Positions 12,688-27,216 of a DNA stretch of 64,000 nucleotides are shown here, piece by piece. The notes under the pieces are model-generated. The model was given only the letters and a program-made list of their open reading frames with translations. It did no database searches and was not told the origin of the DNA. How positions within the stretch are numbered: position 1 is the first letter of the stretch; every line of letters begins with the position of its first letter. Both the position numbers and the translations under genes were made by a program. The stretch is from contig OZ249436.1 in the NCBI GenBank assembly GCA_965235115.1, positions 45,758,001 to 45,822,000 of the forward strand, read 5' to 3'. Origin of the DNA: Laetmonice hystrix. Its lineage: Eukaryota.

Positions 12688-12884
12688 CTAGAAAAAAGAG
12701 GAAGACTTTAATGTGATTTTTGACGTTACCGTCTTATGCGGTTATATTTCACAGGAGACCACATCTGCCGCCAATGATAAGTCTATCATAGTGCGTTTGT
12801 TGAGAGGCACTGGACCAACGCACTTGGTAACGTGTAATTGGGTCAAAATGACGTCAGCATGATAGAAACTCGAGAAAGACGAAC

Positions 12885-13058
12885 CGATGGCGACGTCTTC
12901 TGAAGGGACTAAGCGGTCGAGCAGACGGATAAGGCCTGAGCTGTACACATAGGTAGCGTCCCGTACTAACACAAACCAGTGGTAGTCATTCACGAAATTC
13001 TCACATATATGTTTCAACGTCTGGTAGGTGTGTTCAGTGCCATATGCTTTGTCTATGT
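12885..13058 (-). CDS. Gene B coding exon 2
   Basis: Acceptor ttcatatttcag. Encodes TLKHICENFVNDYHWFVLVRDATYVYSSGLIRLL (CHPF-like DYDWFFLVPDTTY). 174 nt, phase 1-1. The donor G|gttcgt is weak but is required by the phase of the next exon. Confidence 0.78.
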
Positions 13059-13397
13059 CTGAAATATGAACCATTACTTATGTACAAAAGGTAGGGAGAC
13101 AAGAATAACAAACTGAAACTGTCTTATCTAACGTTTCCCCCAAAGTCAATCCACTATATCGATACATATTAGAGTACCTGAGACTTTATTTCCGTTCAAA
13201 CTTCGCGTCTCATTTTTTACTTTGTTTTTCTACTGCAGTGTCAGGTCGAGACCTCTAAATATTTGTTCTCAGTCGACATTTTACAACAAAATATATCAAG
13301 GACCTACAGGTCACCAGGAAATAGCTCGGGAGGTTATCTGTAATTGATGTCAACAAATGGGATCATTACAGATAAGATTGAGAAAGGTTTGACCTAC

Positions 13398-13974
13398 CTG
13401 GTAACCCGATCACTTCCGGCACGTGTTCCCGCCTTGCCCGGCGGTGCCTTGTGACGTCAGCGTAGAAGAACTGCACGATGGGAACCTGGGAGGCCCAGGT
13501 CATCCGAACGACGGCCGCCTGCTCGGACAGCGTCCGCTGGTCAGTCATCACACCGATATATACCAACCTCCGACCCGATACTTCCCGCATGGCACGGTCG
13601 TTCGTTAGAAACTCACTCTCCGACATCACGTCGAAATAATCAATGGCCGGCGGTTTGTCGATATTCGGGGTGTTGAAGTTTACCACTCGGCCGTTTTGGT
13701 CACGTGGGGTTGAAGCCGTCTCTGCCGACCTCAGTTTCAAACCGAGGTTGTGAACCTCGTACTCGGACGCCGTTATAGCCTGCTCGATGGAACTCTTCGC
13801 TTCGTTCGAGGAGGCATCTCGCTTCTCGCGTGGTATTCCGAGGGTCTCCGCGGGATCCTCGCGTAGAACGAGAGCAGACTCGAGAATAACTGACGTCAAC
13901 CCAATCCCCATCAGAACGCCGATCAGGAAGTGGGGTCGCAAGAAGCGACCAATTCGTCGTTCCTGGTCACACAT
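13398..13974 (-). CDS. Gene B coding exon 1, CHPF/CHSY-family protein (TM anchor, stem, start of GT31-like domain)
   Basis: ATG at 13974 preceded by an acceptor-like tcctattttcag (alternative in-frame ATG at 14106). TM segment FLIGVLMGIGLTSVIL; motif LVYIGVMTDQRTL...TWASQVPIVQFF; phase-1 donor CCAG|gtaggt. Confidence 0.85.
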
Positions 13975-14621
13975 TTCTCTGAAAATAGGAATTTTACTTT
14001 TCAGTAAACGATACCCTAAAGATTTAAGGATATAGTCTTCGTCAATGTAAGTGAAATACTGCATAATGTAACCGAAGAGGCAAAAAAGCTGGTGGTCGAC
14101 ATACATGTGATCGATTACACAGAATAAACTGGTTTGGTATAGGGATGAACGAACGTTTTATTTTTCTGTTTGCACCGTCCAACGTCTGCTATTTTCCGGG
14201 ATCTACGAGCTAATGTACTTGTGCCCGGTCTTGCAAGGTCAGACTGGTCAGATGTATGTATACACGAAGGTGGATGTTTTAAGTGGGAATTGATCGACCA
14301 GTTACCTCTTCATGGTGACATGATTGATAATCATGAGCTAATCATCATAAACTGACAATTCCACCTTTGTTTGTTCTGATAACGTGTTTGATCACATCCT
14401 TCGATATCATTCCACAATAATCGTTATTCGTCATTCGTTATTGTTTTATTTTACTTGTTTACAGTTCATAGAGAAAGAAACAACGTCTGCGTAGCTCCCA
14501 AAATATGTGGGGAAAACAAGGGAAAGTAAAATATATGAGAAAGATTGTAAAGTTGATCTTACTGTTGCAACCATAGTTTATTTATTACAATTGTAAGAAG
14601 GCATTAATAACATGAGGTCAT

Positions 14622-15344
14622 TTCCCGGTCTCGTTTCAATGTACCAGAGGTTTTACTCAGCTAAATATTTGATTACTTTACTGTTGATTCCCGGTCTCGC
14701 TTCAATGTACCAGAGGTTTTACTCAGCTAAATGTTTGATTATTTTACCGTTGGTTCCCGGTCTCACTTCAATGTACCAGAGGTTTTACTCAGCTAAATGT
14801 TTGATTATTTTACAGTTGGTTCCCGGTCTCGTGTCAATGTACCAGAGGTTTTACTCAGCTAAATGTTTGATTAGTTTACCGTTGGTTCCCGGTCTCGTGT
14901 CAATGTACCAGAGGTTTTACTCAGCTAAATGTTTGATTATTTGACCGTTGGTTCCCGGTCTCGTGTCGATGTACCAGAGGTTTTACTCAGCTAAATGTTT
15001 GATTATTTGACCGTTGGTTCCCGGTCTCGTGTCAATGTACCAGAGGTTTTACTCAGCTAAATGTTTGATTACTTTACCGTTGGTTCCCGGTCTCGTGTCG
15101 ATGTACCAGAGGTTTTACTCAGCTAAATGTTTGATTATTTTACAGTTGGTTCCCGGTCTCGTGTCAATGTACCAGAGGTTTTACTCAGCTAAATGTTTGA
15201 TTATTTTACAGTTGGTTCCCGGTCTCGCTTCTACCAGAAGTTTTACTCAGCTAAATGTTTGATTATTTGACCGTTGGTTCCCGGTCTCGTGTCAATGTAC
15301 CAGAGGTTTCACTCAGCTAAATGTTTGATTATTTTACAGTTGGT
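14622..15344. repeat. 66-bp minisatellite, about 11 copies
   Basis: cccggtctc recurs at 14690, 14756, 14822 and onward. Confidence 0.95.
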
Positions 15345-16106
15345 AGCTGTCATAACAATTTGTGTTTGTTAATTGATTATGAATCAGTAAAGTTGATAAA
15401 GATGGCCATTGTAACGAAACCAACCAGCAACGAAACTCCGCCATGGAATCTTAAACTCCCTGCCTTACCTGGAATGAATACGATATGTTAGCGCCGTATT
15501 TATCACGACTTACCGTTATCAGTGTACCGACCGAGGTCCAGGTAACTGGAACACCTTCTTAAAGGGGCCGTCAAATCCACCAGCCAGCTCGCTTCAACCA
15601 CACATTGACATCATCGAGAACCCTGGCCCCACGTGCGCAAACAATGAATCCGGTTTTTAATTTTGTCCCGTCGTCTCAGCAGTTGCCCCGATGTTCATTT
15701 GACTTGCAGTGATTACATGCCTGGAGGTGCCACTAACTGAGGAATCTGCATGGTTGAGAGTGAGATTCCAAGACTTGAAGGATGCGATGGTGGTGTAGTG
15801 AGGCTTGGTGTGCAGAGGTATCTACTCTGCGGCAGGTACGGGTCGATGTGAGCGGCGCCACTGTTTGTAGGTTACCGGGGGTCGGGCCTCACGGGGCCGG
15901 CGTGACCGGTCACCTGCTGCGCTCGGTACGTCTCGACATGCTTGGCTTGAGACGCAGCACAGTGGCTTCCACGGCTTTCCGAGAGATGGCGCTGTCGCCT
16001 AGTCGACATAAGTTATTATAACCGACAGCATACAGTATTCATCGTCAGGATTTGTGGAGTCACCATAGTGCCATGATAAGCCTTCAGTCAAACAGAACAC
16101 AAAGTA

Positions 16107-16954
16107 GGTGGCATGGAGTAGATCCTGGGGGATGAGGGGGGCACCCCCTCTACAGACACGGTGGTATGGAGTAGATCCTGGGGGATGAGGGGGACACCTC
16201 CTCTGCAGAGACGGTGGCATGGAGTAGATCCTGGGGGATGAGGGGGGCACCCCCTCTACAGACACGGTGGTATGGAGTAGATCCTGGGGGATGAGGGGGA
16301 CACCTCCTCTGCAGAGACGGTGGCATGGAGTAGATCCTGGGGGATGAGGGGGGCACCCCCTCTACAGAGACGGTGGTATGGAGTAGATCCTGGGGGATGG
16401 GGGGGACACCCCCTCTACAGAGACGGTGGTAAGGAGTAGATCCTGGGGGATGAGGGGGACACCCCCTCTACAGACACGGTGGTATGGAGTAGATCCTGGG
16501 GGATGAGGGGGACACCTCCTCTGCAGAGACGGTGGCATGGAGTAGATCCTGGGGGATGAGGGGGACACCCCCTCTACAGAGACGGTGGTATGGAGTAGAT
16601 CCTGGGGGATGAGGGGGACACCCCCTCGATCTACAGACACGGTGGTATGGTGTAGATCCTGGGGGGATGAGGGGGACACCCCCTCTACAGAGACGGTGGT
16701 ATGGAGTAGATCCTGGGTGATGAGGGGGCACCTCCTCTACAGAGACGGTGGCATGGAGTAGATCCTGGGGGATGAGGGGGACACCCCCTCTACAGAGACG
16801 GTGGTATGGAGTAGATCCTGGGGGATGAGGGGGACACCCCCTCTACAGAGACGGTGGTATGGAGTAGATCCTGGGGGTTCAGGGGGGACACCCCCTCTAC
16901 AGACACAGTGGTATGGAGTAGATCCTGGGGGATGAGGGGGGCACCTCCTCTACA
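16107..16954. repeat. 53-bp G-rich minisatellite, about 16 copies
   Basis: Unit ggtggtatggagtagatcctgggggatgagggggacaccccctctacagagac. Confidence 0.95.
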
Positions 16955-18690
16955 ATCTTTGACGGTCGCAGTGGATCCGCCAGCATTATTAACCCAGTAT
17001 AAACGTGTAGGTTCTAAGTTAGGACAAACACCCCCACTGTAACCGTATAGTGCCGTTCAACAGTACACATGTCAACCTCACATTGAGTAACTCGATGTTA
17101 TAAGTCAACGAATTCCCTGCATGCAGACCCGACGAGTACACGTACTCATACGCACAAAACAAAGTCTTTCTACACACAATACGGGCCTAAAACCAAAATC
17201 AAATCACCATCTTGCAGTACCAAGGACCAACATAACGGGCAAATCATGGTGCAGAAAATTAACGATACGTGTCAAAAAGTATGACAACATTTTTTTCAGA
17301 ATCGTTAACAGACTAATCGGTTTCACTCCCGCGATGACTTAAAAACTTATAATGGAAATATTAAGTGGTGCATATAGCAAAAGGAGTTCTCGCAGATATC
17401 CGTGAGCAATATGTACAGTTGAGCAACAATACCGTTATACATTGGTGCGTGTAAGACGAACCATTTGGCTTCGACCCCCCTTAAACCAACAATTAACACC
17501 CTTCAAGGCGATTCCCATAGTCAGAATATTTGAACAGTAAAAATATACAAAACACAATGTCTTTTTTACGTCTTAATTTATACATCCAACTCCTTACATC
17601 CGAGATTTGTGTGAAACTCTAAATTATAGGGCCTACATCTGAAAGAGTTGTTTTGGGTTAACCTTTTTACGATTTAAAAAATGTACCGTATATCCCCTAT
17701 ATGCATGCGATTGACCTTGGAAGATCTACTCTGGCACTCAGCAGTTGCTGTTTTCACATTGCTACACCCAGAATTCCTCACGTTCATATATCGCTAGTAA
17801 ACACACGAGGTGTGCCGTCGGTGGCAGTCCGAGTATGGCCTTGTGGGATACTTCCGTTCTGAGTCACGCCCTCTGGCGTCTTGTTCATGCAATTCACGTA
17901 TGTTTGTCGGCGTGATGTTTGTAAACCGCACGCACTCATTATGTAAGGCCTACAGGCGAGGTATAATGTTAGTAGTGGTGAACTTGCCGGACAACTGGTG
18001 GTCTGCACGGCCCCAGGACCGAGTCTATTTATTGGGTGTGTGTTGTGGTCCCGTGTCGCCGGCTTTCCATGTGTACTTTCCGTTAGGCCTATGTGTACAG
18101 TCGGACTACGAAACGTAGGCTACACATGGAAACGCTCCCATAGGAAACAGGCATAAACGATCGAATCGGAAACGGATAACGGAAACGGATAACGGAAAGG
18201 TGCTAAGTAATAAGAGGATATAACAATATACATGTAGCCTATGCGTAATGTTAGTTAGCAGACTTAACACTAGGTGGCGGGAATTAGAAGAAACCGTCAT
18301 TTTAGAAAAGAAGAAACCATAATTCATTCCAGGCTGGAAAGCAAAGAATGATATTTTGAGTAAACTAAAGAATATTAAGCTATTGGAAAGTCGGCAAAGT
18401 TGCAATTGTAATCTTTCATGAGGTGAGTTCTTTTACGTACATGAATTGTGTAGGATCTCGATGCCTATCGTCTCTTGGGGTCGATTGTGGGCACTAAGCA
18501 CACACTTATAAATACCCCCTATTGGTGTGCATACATGATTATGGATACAAACATACACATACAATTATCACAGGCCTAAATAATAGGTAAATTTACACAA
18601 TATAGGCATTTCCGGGTTGTAAGCATGCAGCACCGTGTTGGGCATATCGGTGTAAGTATTGATTTATATAAAGCAGTCGACAAAACGGGC

Positions 18691-19989
18691 AGTGTGAACG
18701 ATACACACCTTGCTTGGGGTAACGTTAGGGGACAGCCTGTCCGGTTAGTGAACGATACACACCTTGTCTGGGGTAACGTTAGGGGACAACCTGTCCGGTT
18801 AGTGAACGATACACACCTTGCCTGGGGTAACGTTAGGGGACAACCTGTCCGGTTAGCAATGATACACACCTTGCTTGGGGTAACGTTAGGGACAACCTGT
18901 CCGGTTAGTGAACGATACACACCTTGCCTGGGGTACCGTTAGGGGGCAACCTGTCCGGTTAGTGAACGATACACACCTTGCCTGGGGTAACGTTAGGGGA
19001 CAACCTGTCCGGTTAGTGAACGATACACACATTGCCTGGGGTAACGTTAGGGGACAACCTGTCCGGTTAGTGAACGATACACACCTTGCCTGGGGTAACG
19101 TTAGGGGACAACCTGTCCGGTTAGTGAACGATACACACCTTGCCTGGGGTAACGTTAGGGGACAACCTGTCCGGTTAGTGAACGATACACACCTTGCTTG
19201 GGGTAACGTTAGGGGACAACCTGTCCGGTTAGTGAATGATACACACCTTGCCATGGGTAACGTTAGGGGACAACCTGTCCGGTTAGTGAACGATACACAC
19301 CTTGCCTGGGGTAACGTTAGGGGACAACCTGTCCGGTTAGTGAACGATACACACATTGCTTGGGGTAACGTTAGGGGACAACATGTCCGGTTAGTGAACG
19401 ATACACACATTGCTTGGGGTAACGTTAGGGGACAACCTGTCCGGTTAGTGAACGATACACACCTTGCTTGGGGTAACGTTAGGGGACAACCTGTCCGGTT
19501 AGTGAACGATACACACCTTGCCTGGGGTAACGTTAGGGGACAACCTGTCCGGTTAGTGAACGATACACACATTGCCTGGGGTAACGTTAGGGGACAACCT
19601 GTCCGGTTAGTGAACGATACACACCTTGCCTGGGGTAACGTTAGGGGACAACCTGTCCGGTTAGTGAACGATACACACCTTGCCTGGGGTAACGTTAGGG
19701 GACAACCTGTCCGGTTAGTGAACGATACACACCTTGCTTGGGGTAACGTTAGGGGACAACCTGTCCGGTTAGTGAACGATACACACCTTGCCTGGGGTAA
19801 CGTTAGGGGACAACCTGTCCGGTTAGTGAACGATACACACCTTGCCTGGGGTAACGTTAGGGGACAACGTGTCCGGTTAGTGAATGATACACACATTGCC
19901 TGGGGTAACGTTAGGGGACAACCTGTCCGGTTAGTGAACGATACACACATTGCCTGGGGTAACGTTAGGGGACAACCTGTCCGGTTAGT
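18691..19989. repeat. 54-bp minisatellite, about 24 copies
   Basis: Unit agtgaacgatacacaccttgcctggggtaacgttaggggacaacctgtccggtt. Confidence 0.96.
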
Positions 19990-21369
19990 ACTGGAAAACA
20001 CGGGTAGTATTAACGGTACACACCGCGCTTGGGGTAACGTATACGTATACATACGGGGTATTGCCATATATACGTGGACATTTTACAATAGGGGGGGGGG
20101 AGGGTTAACCGCCGACCCCCTCCCCCCCCCACCAACCACCCGTCGGCCCCTACCCATCGGACCCGCATAATAGGTAACCCATCCCCACCGGCCACCATCG
20201 TGACGTAGACAGGAGCTGTTTACATACGGCACAACTGAATATATTCTTTCTATAATTTGGTAGCGTTCCCACTACCGACGTCAATGACAGACCATATTTG
20301 CCCGCCTGTGGACTACATACATGGAATGACAGACTTGTCAACACACCCTTAACATATCTCGCATTTTCACTTTTTTCTTTTCCAGCCTGTGGGTGTGTAA
20401 AGTCAGTCGTCTCACACCTTAGTCACTGTCATTCAGGGTTTGAACTCTCAACTTACACACTACTCCAAACTGTTCTCAAGTCTGTGGATCTAAATCCTTT
20501 AAAATTCAATTGTTTTATGTCTAAATCAGTGGTAGGCCTACTTCACCTGCATGCATTGCATGAAGTCCTTGGGGTGTGAAACTGTTTTTTTTCAGGGTTG
20601 TTGGCAAAGCTAGTCGCCTCAAGCCAGAATGTGTGCTCAGAAATAGTAGGATTATTTGGATTTGGGTATACGCTCAACCATGATCTTGGCTTTTGAGAAA
20701 ACGCGAGGGTCCACGGAAACCACTGACTTTGCAAGTTACTGAAAATCAAAAACCTTCTTATTTAGGTGCAGAGTCAGGGGAACCAGCATGTATACGGGCA
20801 GATTGGGGAGAAGACTGTAACACTTCACGCGTTTACCGTCCTTGGAATCTGTCCAGATACAAACGTTACTCATTTAGAAAGCAAGTTTTAAAAATAATTT
20901 ACCCCGACTGAAAACGACTTAGAGTAATGAACGTCATAAGGAGCTAAATGGTGATATACCCTTAGAGGGTAACAGATGTTCTGTTTGATGTGCTCATAAA
21001 ATATGATGGTTTGTCATGCCTGGACAGATGAAAGAAATGTCTTTCAGGGTTTTTATCTGTAACACCCGCCATCCGTTGGTCTGCATGGCCGAAACATTTA
21101 TGAGGCCCGCCATGGTTCAAAACATTTGAAAAGGAAGATTTAGCGGCGGTATTCTCCCTGGATGACACCTATAGAGGGACGATAATGAGAGATCTTTTTA
21201 TGTGGAGGTGACTTTTTGTTTGCATGTAATGACGACCTGAGATCTCAGACCGGTTTTTACTGTCTCCGTATGAACGTTTCCAACGACGCTACATCGGTAT
21301 GTCCTTTTATTATTAGCACTGCCTCATTCTCACCAATCTTCTTATACTCAGGGTGGTCACATCATGAAA

Positions 21370-22372
21370 CTGGTGACCTCTACCAGAGGATCTGATGACC
21401 TCTAAGAGGATCTTGTGACATCTAGGAGAGGATCTGGCGACCTCTGGGAGAGGATTTGGCGACCTCTAGGAGAGGATCTGGCGACCTCTGGGAGAGGATC
21501 TGGCGACCTCTGGGAGAGGATCTGGTGACCTCTAGGAGAGGATCTGGCGACCTCTGGGAGAGACTCTGGTGACCTCTGGGAGAGGTTATGGTGACCTCTG
21601 GGAGAGGTTATGGTGACCTCTGGGAGAGGATCTGGCGACCTCTGGGAGAGGATCTGGCGACCTCTGGGAGAGGATCTGGCGACCTCTGGGAGAGGATCTG
21701 GCGACCTCTGGGAGAGGATCTGGCGACCTCTGGGAGAGGATCTGGCGACCTCTGGGAGAGGATCTGGCGACCTCTGGGAGAGGTTATGGTGACCTCTGGG
21801 AGAGGATCTGGCGACCTCTGGGAGAGGATCTGGCGACCTCTGGGAGAGGATCTGGCGACCTCTGGGAGAGGATCTGGTGACCTCTGAGAGAGGATCTGGC
21901 GACCTCTGGGAGAGGTTACGGTGACCTCTGGGAGAGGATCTGGCGACCTCTGGGAGAGGATCTGGCGACCTCTGGGAGAGGATCTGGTGACCTCTGAGAG
22001 AGGATCTGGCGACCTCTGGGAGAGGTTACGGTGACCTCTGGGAGAGGATCTGGCGACCCCTGGGAGAGGATCTGGCTACCTCTGGGAGAGGATCTGGCGA
22101 CCTCTAATAGAGGATCTGGTGACCTCAGGGAGAGGATCTGGCGACCTCTGGGAGAGGATCTGGCGACCTCTAGGAGAGGATCTGGCGACCTCTGGGAGAG
22201 GATCTGGCGACCTCTGGGAGAGGATCTGGCGACCTCTAGGAGAGGATCTGGCGACCTCTGGGAGAGGATCTGGCGACCTCTTGGAGAGGATCTGGCGACC
22301 TCTACTAGAGGATGTGGCGACCTCTGGGAGAGGATCTTGTGACCTCTATAGGAGCAGATCTGGCGACCTCTA
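21370..22372. repeat. 22-bp minisatellite, about 45 copies
   Basis: Unit gagaggatctggcgacctctgg. Confidence 0.96.
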
Positions 22373-22959
22373 GACCTTTAACAGATTTTCGAAGACATAG
22401 GCACAGTCCATTCACTGAAAAAGCATTGCAGCGATATTGTAAGCGTTTGACATGCACTTGAAGACCATTCATTCAGTAACTGTGACGTTTAGTTCATGGT
22501 ATACGAGCTAGATGTAGGTAATATCATGCGACCAGACCAGCAATGGTTCCGAATAAGGACTTAGGCATGCACTTTGTGAGTGCTCCCGAATGGGGCTGAG
22601 TACGCCTACAAACATCTAATGTTACACCGTCACGACCGCCACTTTACGACTCGCATGCAGCATATATCGCCGTGAGATGTTTCTGTTCAACAAAAACCGG
22701 TTACCATGACACAGATACGTTCATGAGAGACGCCGGTAAACATGACCACGTGGCCGGTAAGTGGTGGGGAGAAGGGGAGGAGGCAATCAGTGAATCCGGA
22801 TCTGTCCGTCAGCTCTCGGCTGACAAACCTGCCCACATGGTCGGGGTGGTGGACTGATCTGTGAGCTAGGCCGGACAACCTGCTGGGTCCCCTGGAGAGC
22901 CTGGAGAGCGAGGTGTTGGGCGTCTCCAGTTCAGGTAGCCCTCCCTGGATGGGTGGGGT

Positions 22960-23362
22960 ATGGGGGGAATGAGACGCGGTAGGAAGACAGGTGGCGGGCA
23001 TGGCCGGCGGGAGGTCAAGGCCATCATGTCCGGCTGCACGGTGGGAGTCGTTCTAACGGTTGTAACGTGTCTCATCGGTCGGCTTCTCGTCACCTGGGCT
23101 GTTACCGGGGGTGCCACCCTCCCCTGGCCGTGGCTGGGGGGTACGGGCCGATCTGGACAGGACAACCTACAACCGCTCCATGCTCGCGGTGGGTTGTACG
23201 CCGTCATTGTGACGTCAACAGAGTCGCTGCACAGAGCGGAAACCATCCAGATGACGTGGGGACGCGCCGTCACAAAGATGACGTCATTCGCTGACGTGAC
23301 GTCGTCGCGAGTTGCGCAGATTCCCGAGCGTCTGAACCTCAGGCTTGTAAGACTTCACACCG
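22960..23362 (+). CDS. Gene C coding exon 1, divergent CHSY/CHPF-family protein
   Basis: Basic N-terminal tail, TM segment TVGVVLTVVTCLIGRLLVTWAV, motif LYAVIVTSTESLHRAETIQMTWG; phase-1 donor ACCG|gtgagt. The exact start ATG (22960, 22969 or 23026) is uncertain. Confidence 0.75.
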
Positions 23363-24762
23363 GTGAGTGTAAATCATTTCAGTCTGCTTAGCACGTCAAA
23401 CTCATCACGCTGACCAGATTATTTAGATCTTACAGTGGGTCCATAAACACTTACAGACATATATGATTTGTTCAGAAATGTTTAGCTGTTTTTTTGTGTG
23501 AATAATGTCATGAAAGCCGGACGAAAAGTATTTATAGGACATGTTAATAGGACGCCTGTGATTATTGTTTAATGTTGAGATAATTAAGTAAATTCAAGGA
23601 AACTTCTTCCACCCAAAAGGAATATGCCTGCGTGTGATTGTGGCCTGTCCAATGGCACATAGGCCTAGTTCTATATGCGATTTAAGTACGTCAGACAGCC
23701 GTAATTAAATATAAAGGGATACTTTTTATCGCGATATAATCATTCCTCTGTCCAGAGTGTGTAAGTAAACAGGTTTATTGGTTGGATTAGCAATAAAAGT
23801 GTCCCTTGATTATACGTTTTTGGGGGGCTAATTACATCAGGTTGTTTGGTAATTACATCGAGTTGTTTGGTAATTACATCAGGCTTTACTGCCTTTTTCT
23901 CCTTTAACGACCTTTTCTCATGTATAGGCTACGCTTGCTCCTATGGGTGGATAGGGACCTTCTGATCGGAAGGGACAGGGTGTTCAGCTCCTGTTGTGCA
24001 ATATAATGCATTACCTGGTGGGGGGGGGGGGGGGTATGGTATAAATGCCTTTGAACTGGGGATGTGGTGGTGTTGACCCAGCTCTCCGAGGCCGTTTGTC
24101 TGTAGATATTGACCGTTTTTGGGTCAGGTGTTATACCCAACCGTTTACCCAGGCTACTCCCCCCTGCCCCCTTCAACCCCTCCCCCTGCCCCCTTCAACC
24201 CCTCCCCCTGCCCCCTTCAACCCCCCCCCCTGCCCATCCTCCAGCCCCGTCCTCAGGTAGGCCTTGTATATGATAAATTTACTGGCACTGTGGTCGGATC
24301 CATCCAGGTGTTGACATTCTAATCCACATATATGTGCCCAGTCTCCTAGATGGTCAGGTATTCAAGACGACACCACTAAGGGAGGCTGCATGTCAGGCAC
24401 ATGGGGAATCTCATAAATATCTTTAGGGATGAAAAGATCAGGACCTCTTTAATAGCCGGCGTATAGTCTATACCCACGCGAGGCGGTTATAAATGGACGG
24501 TTCCCCTAAACTAAGACACCCATGTATGTGCCAACCTAGAGAATTAATGTTAGAAAAAATAATGGAAAAGAAGGTAGGCTGTTACAGTACCTTTTGTGCG
24601 CACTTACTTTTGCTATCCCTATCAGATGTATCCCCAGGAATGTGCAACACTACATCAGTCCTCAGCTGATTACTATAATATCCAACATAAGACTGATAAA
24701 TCTATGGAAGAGGACGGGTTGCATTAAGATTTATTCCATTTTCTTATTCTTTTTGTCAAAGA

Positions 24763-24870
24763 ACCGCCTTTCCCGTAACTGATGTATGACTGCACAATGT
24801 ACAGAGGTCGCGATAGACCGCCTTTCCCGTAACTGATGTATGACTGCACAATGTGCAGAGGTCGCGATAG
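24763..24870. repeat. 54-bp tandem duplication
   Basis: accgcctttcccgtaactg...gtcgcgatag occurs twice. Confidence 0.85.
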
Positions 24871-25204
24871 ATCAAGGTACACAATGACACATCAAGGTCA
24901 TTCTGTTTTAATTTAGTACGACAGATACGTGTTTCTGAAGGTCAAATTTTTGGTTAATGATATATTTTACATTTCATCACCTGAGGTGTTTCGCTATAGG
25001 ATAACATCTGATAATGTTATGGATATTGCGCTTCTTTTTAAAAACTTATTTTTGTAACTTATTGGCGATCACGTTTTCCATTATGTGCCCACACAATGCT
25101 TACTGACACGCAAATGGGTGTGTTTTATGAAAACTTTCTTTGTTTGTTTTCCGATGGAGGTTACATAATAACTAAATACTGGCAACATTCGATGCCAGCA
25201 GATA

Positions 25205-26945
25205 GGATATATACATGACAATTGATACCAAGACAGAGACAGTAGGACAGACAGGATATACATGACAATTGATACCAGACAAATACAGTAGGACAGACAG
25301 TATATAAATGACAATTGATACCAGACAAATACAGTAGGACAGACAGGATATAAATGACAATTGATACCAGACAGAGACAGTAGGACAGACAGGATATACA
25401 TGACAATTGATACCAGACAGAGACAGTAGGACAGACAGGATATACATGACAATTGATACCAGACAGAGACAGTAGGACAGACAGGATATACATGACAATT
25501 GATACCAGACAGAGACAGTAGGACAGACAGGATATACATGACAATTGATACCAGACAGAGACAGTAGGACAGACAGGATATACATGACAATTGATACCAG
25601 ACAGAGACAGTAGGACAGACAGGATATACATGACAATTGATACCAGACAGAGACAGTAGGACAGACAGGATATACATGACAATTGATACCAGACAGAGAC
25701 AGTAGGACAGACAGGATATACATGACAATTGATACCAGACAGAGACAGTAGGACAGACAGGATATAAATGACAATTGATACCAGACAAATACAGTAGGAC
25801 AGACAGGATATAAATGACAATTGATACCAGACAGAGACAGTAGGACAGACATGATATACATGACAATTGATACCAGACAAATACAGTAGGACAGACAGGA
25901 TATACATGACAATTGATACCAGACAGAGACAGTAGGACAGACAGGATATACATGACAATTGATACCAGACAGAGACAGTAGGACAGACAGGATATACATG
26001 ACAATTGATACCAGACAAATACAGTAGGACAGACAGGATATAAATGACAATTGATACCAGACAGAGACAGTAGGACAGACAGGATATACATGACAATTGA
26101 TACCAGACAGAGACGGTAGGACAGACAGGATATAAATGACAATTGATACCAGACAGAGACAGTAGGACAGACAGGATATACATGACAATTGATACCAGAC
26201 AGAGACAATAGGACAGACAGGATATACATGACAATTGATACCAGACAGAGACAGTAGGACAGACAGGATATACATGGCAATTGATACCAGACAGAGACAG
26301 TAGGACAGACAGGATATACATGACAATTGATACCAGACAAATACAGTAGGACAGACAGGATATAAATGACAATTGATACCAGACAGAGACAATAGGACAG
26401 ACAGGATATACATGACAATTGATACCAGACAGAGACAGTAGGACAGACAGGATATACATGACAATTGATACCAGACAGAGACAGTAGGACAGACATGATA
26501 TACATGACAATTGATACCAGACAGAGACAGTAGGACAGACAGGATATACATGACAATTGATACCAGACAGAGACAGTAGGACAGACAGGATATACATGAC
26601 AGTTGATACCAGACAGAGACAGTAGGACAGACAGGATATACATGACAATTGATACCAGACAGAGACAGTAGGACAGACAGGATATACATGACAATTGATA
26701 CCAGACAGAGACAGTAGGACAGACAGGATATACATGACAATTGATACCAGACAGAGACAGTAGGACAGACAGGATATACATGACAATTGATACCAGACAG
26801 AGACGGTAGGACAGACAGGATATACATGACAATTGATACCAGACAGAGACAGTAGGACAGACAGGATATACATGAAAATTGATACCAGACAGAGACAGTA
26901 GGACAGACAGGATATACATGACAATTGATACCAGACAGAGACAGT
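25205..26945. repeat. 46-bp minisatellite, about 38 copies, in gene C intron 1
   Basis: Unit acatgacaattgataccagacagagacagtaggacagacaggatat. Confidence 0.97.
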
Positions 26946-27216
26946 GTTGTGAAGTCGCACTTTGTCTGCTTGTGTCCCTGAGCCGAATCTACCGTTCGTC
27001 AGGCGCAGGTATGAAGATAGGAACTAATTTCTTTAAAAAACTATATAATGTCAAGGTACACTCTCCACAATTCTCCTCTGCCTGCCATAGGGGATAACTC
27101 AACCAGATCTAGATAAGGGCACTTAGTAAAAAAATACGAGAAAGAAAACCTTCACAAAAAAGGATTTGACGAAGAGACCGAGAATAGATCGCGACTGAAT
27201 TCACCTGAATACATTT

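Noticed and set aside
18886..20170. 393-aa and 420-aa repetitive ORFs on opposite strands
   Set aside because: Translation of a 54-bp minisatellite; both strands are open and there is no gene context.
25081..26960. Three ORFs of 550-610 aa, Cys-rich and hydrophobic, on the minus strand
   Set aside because: All three frames are open only because the 46-bp unit lacks stops on that strand; the region is inside gene C intron 1.
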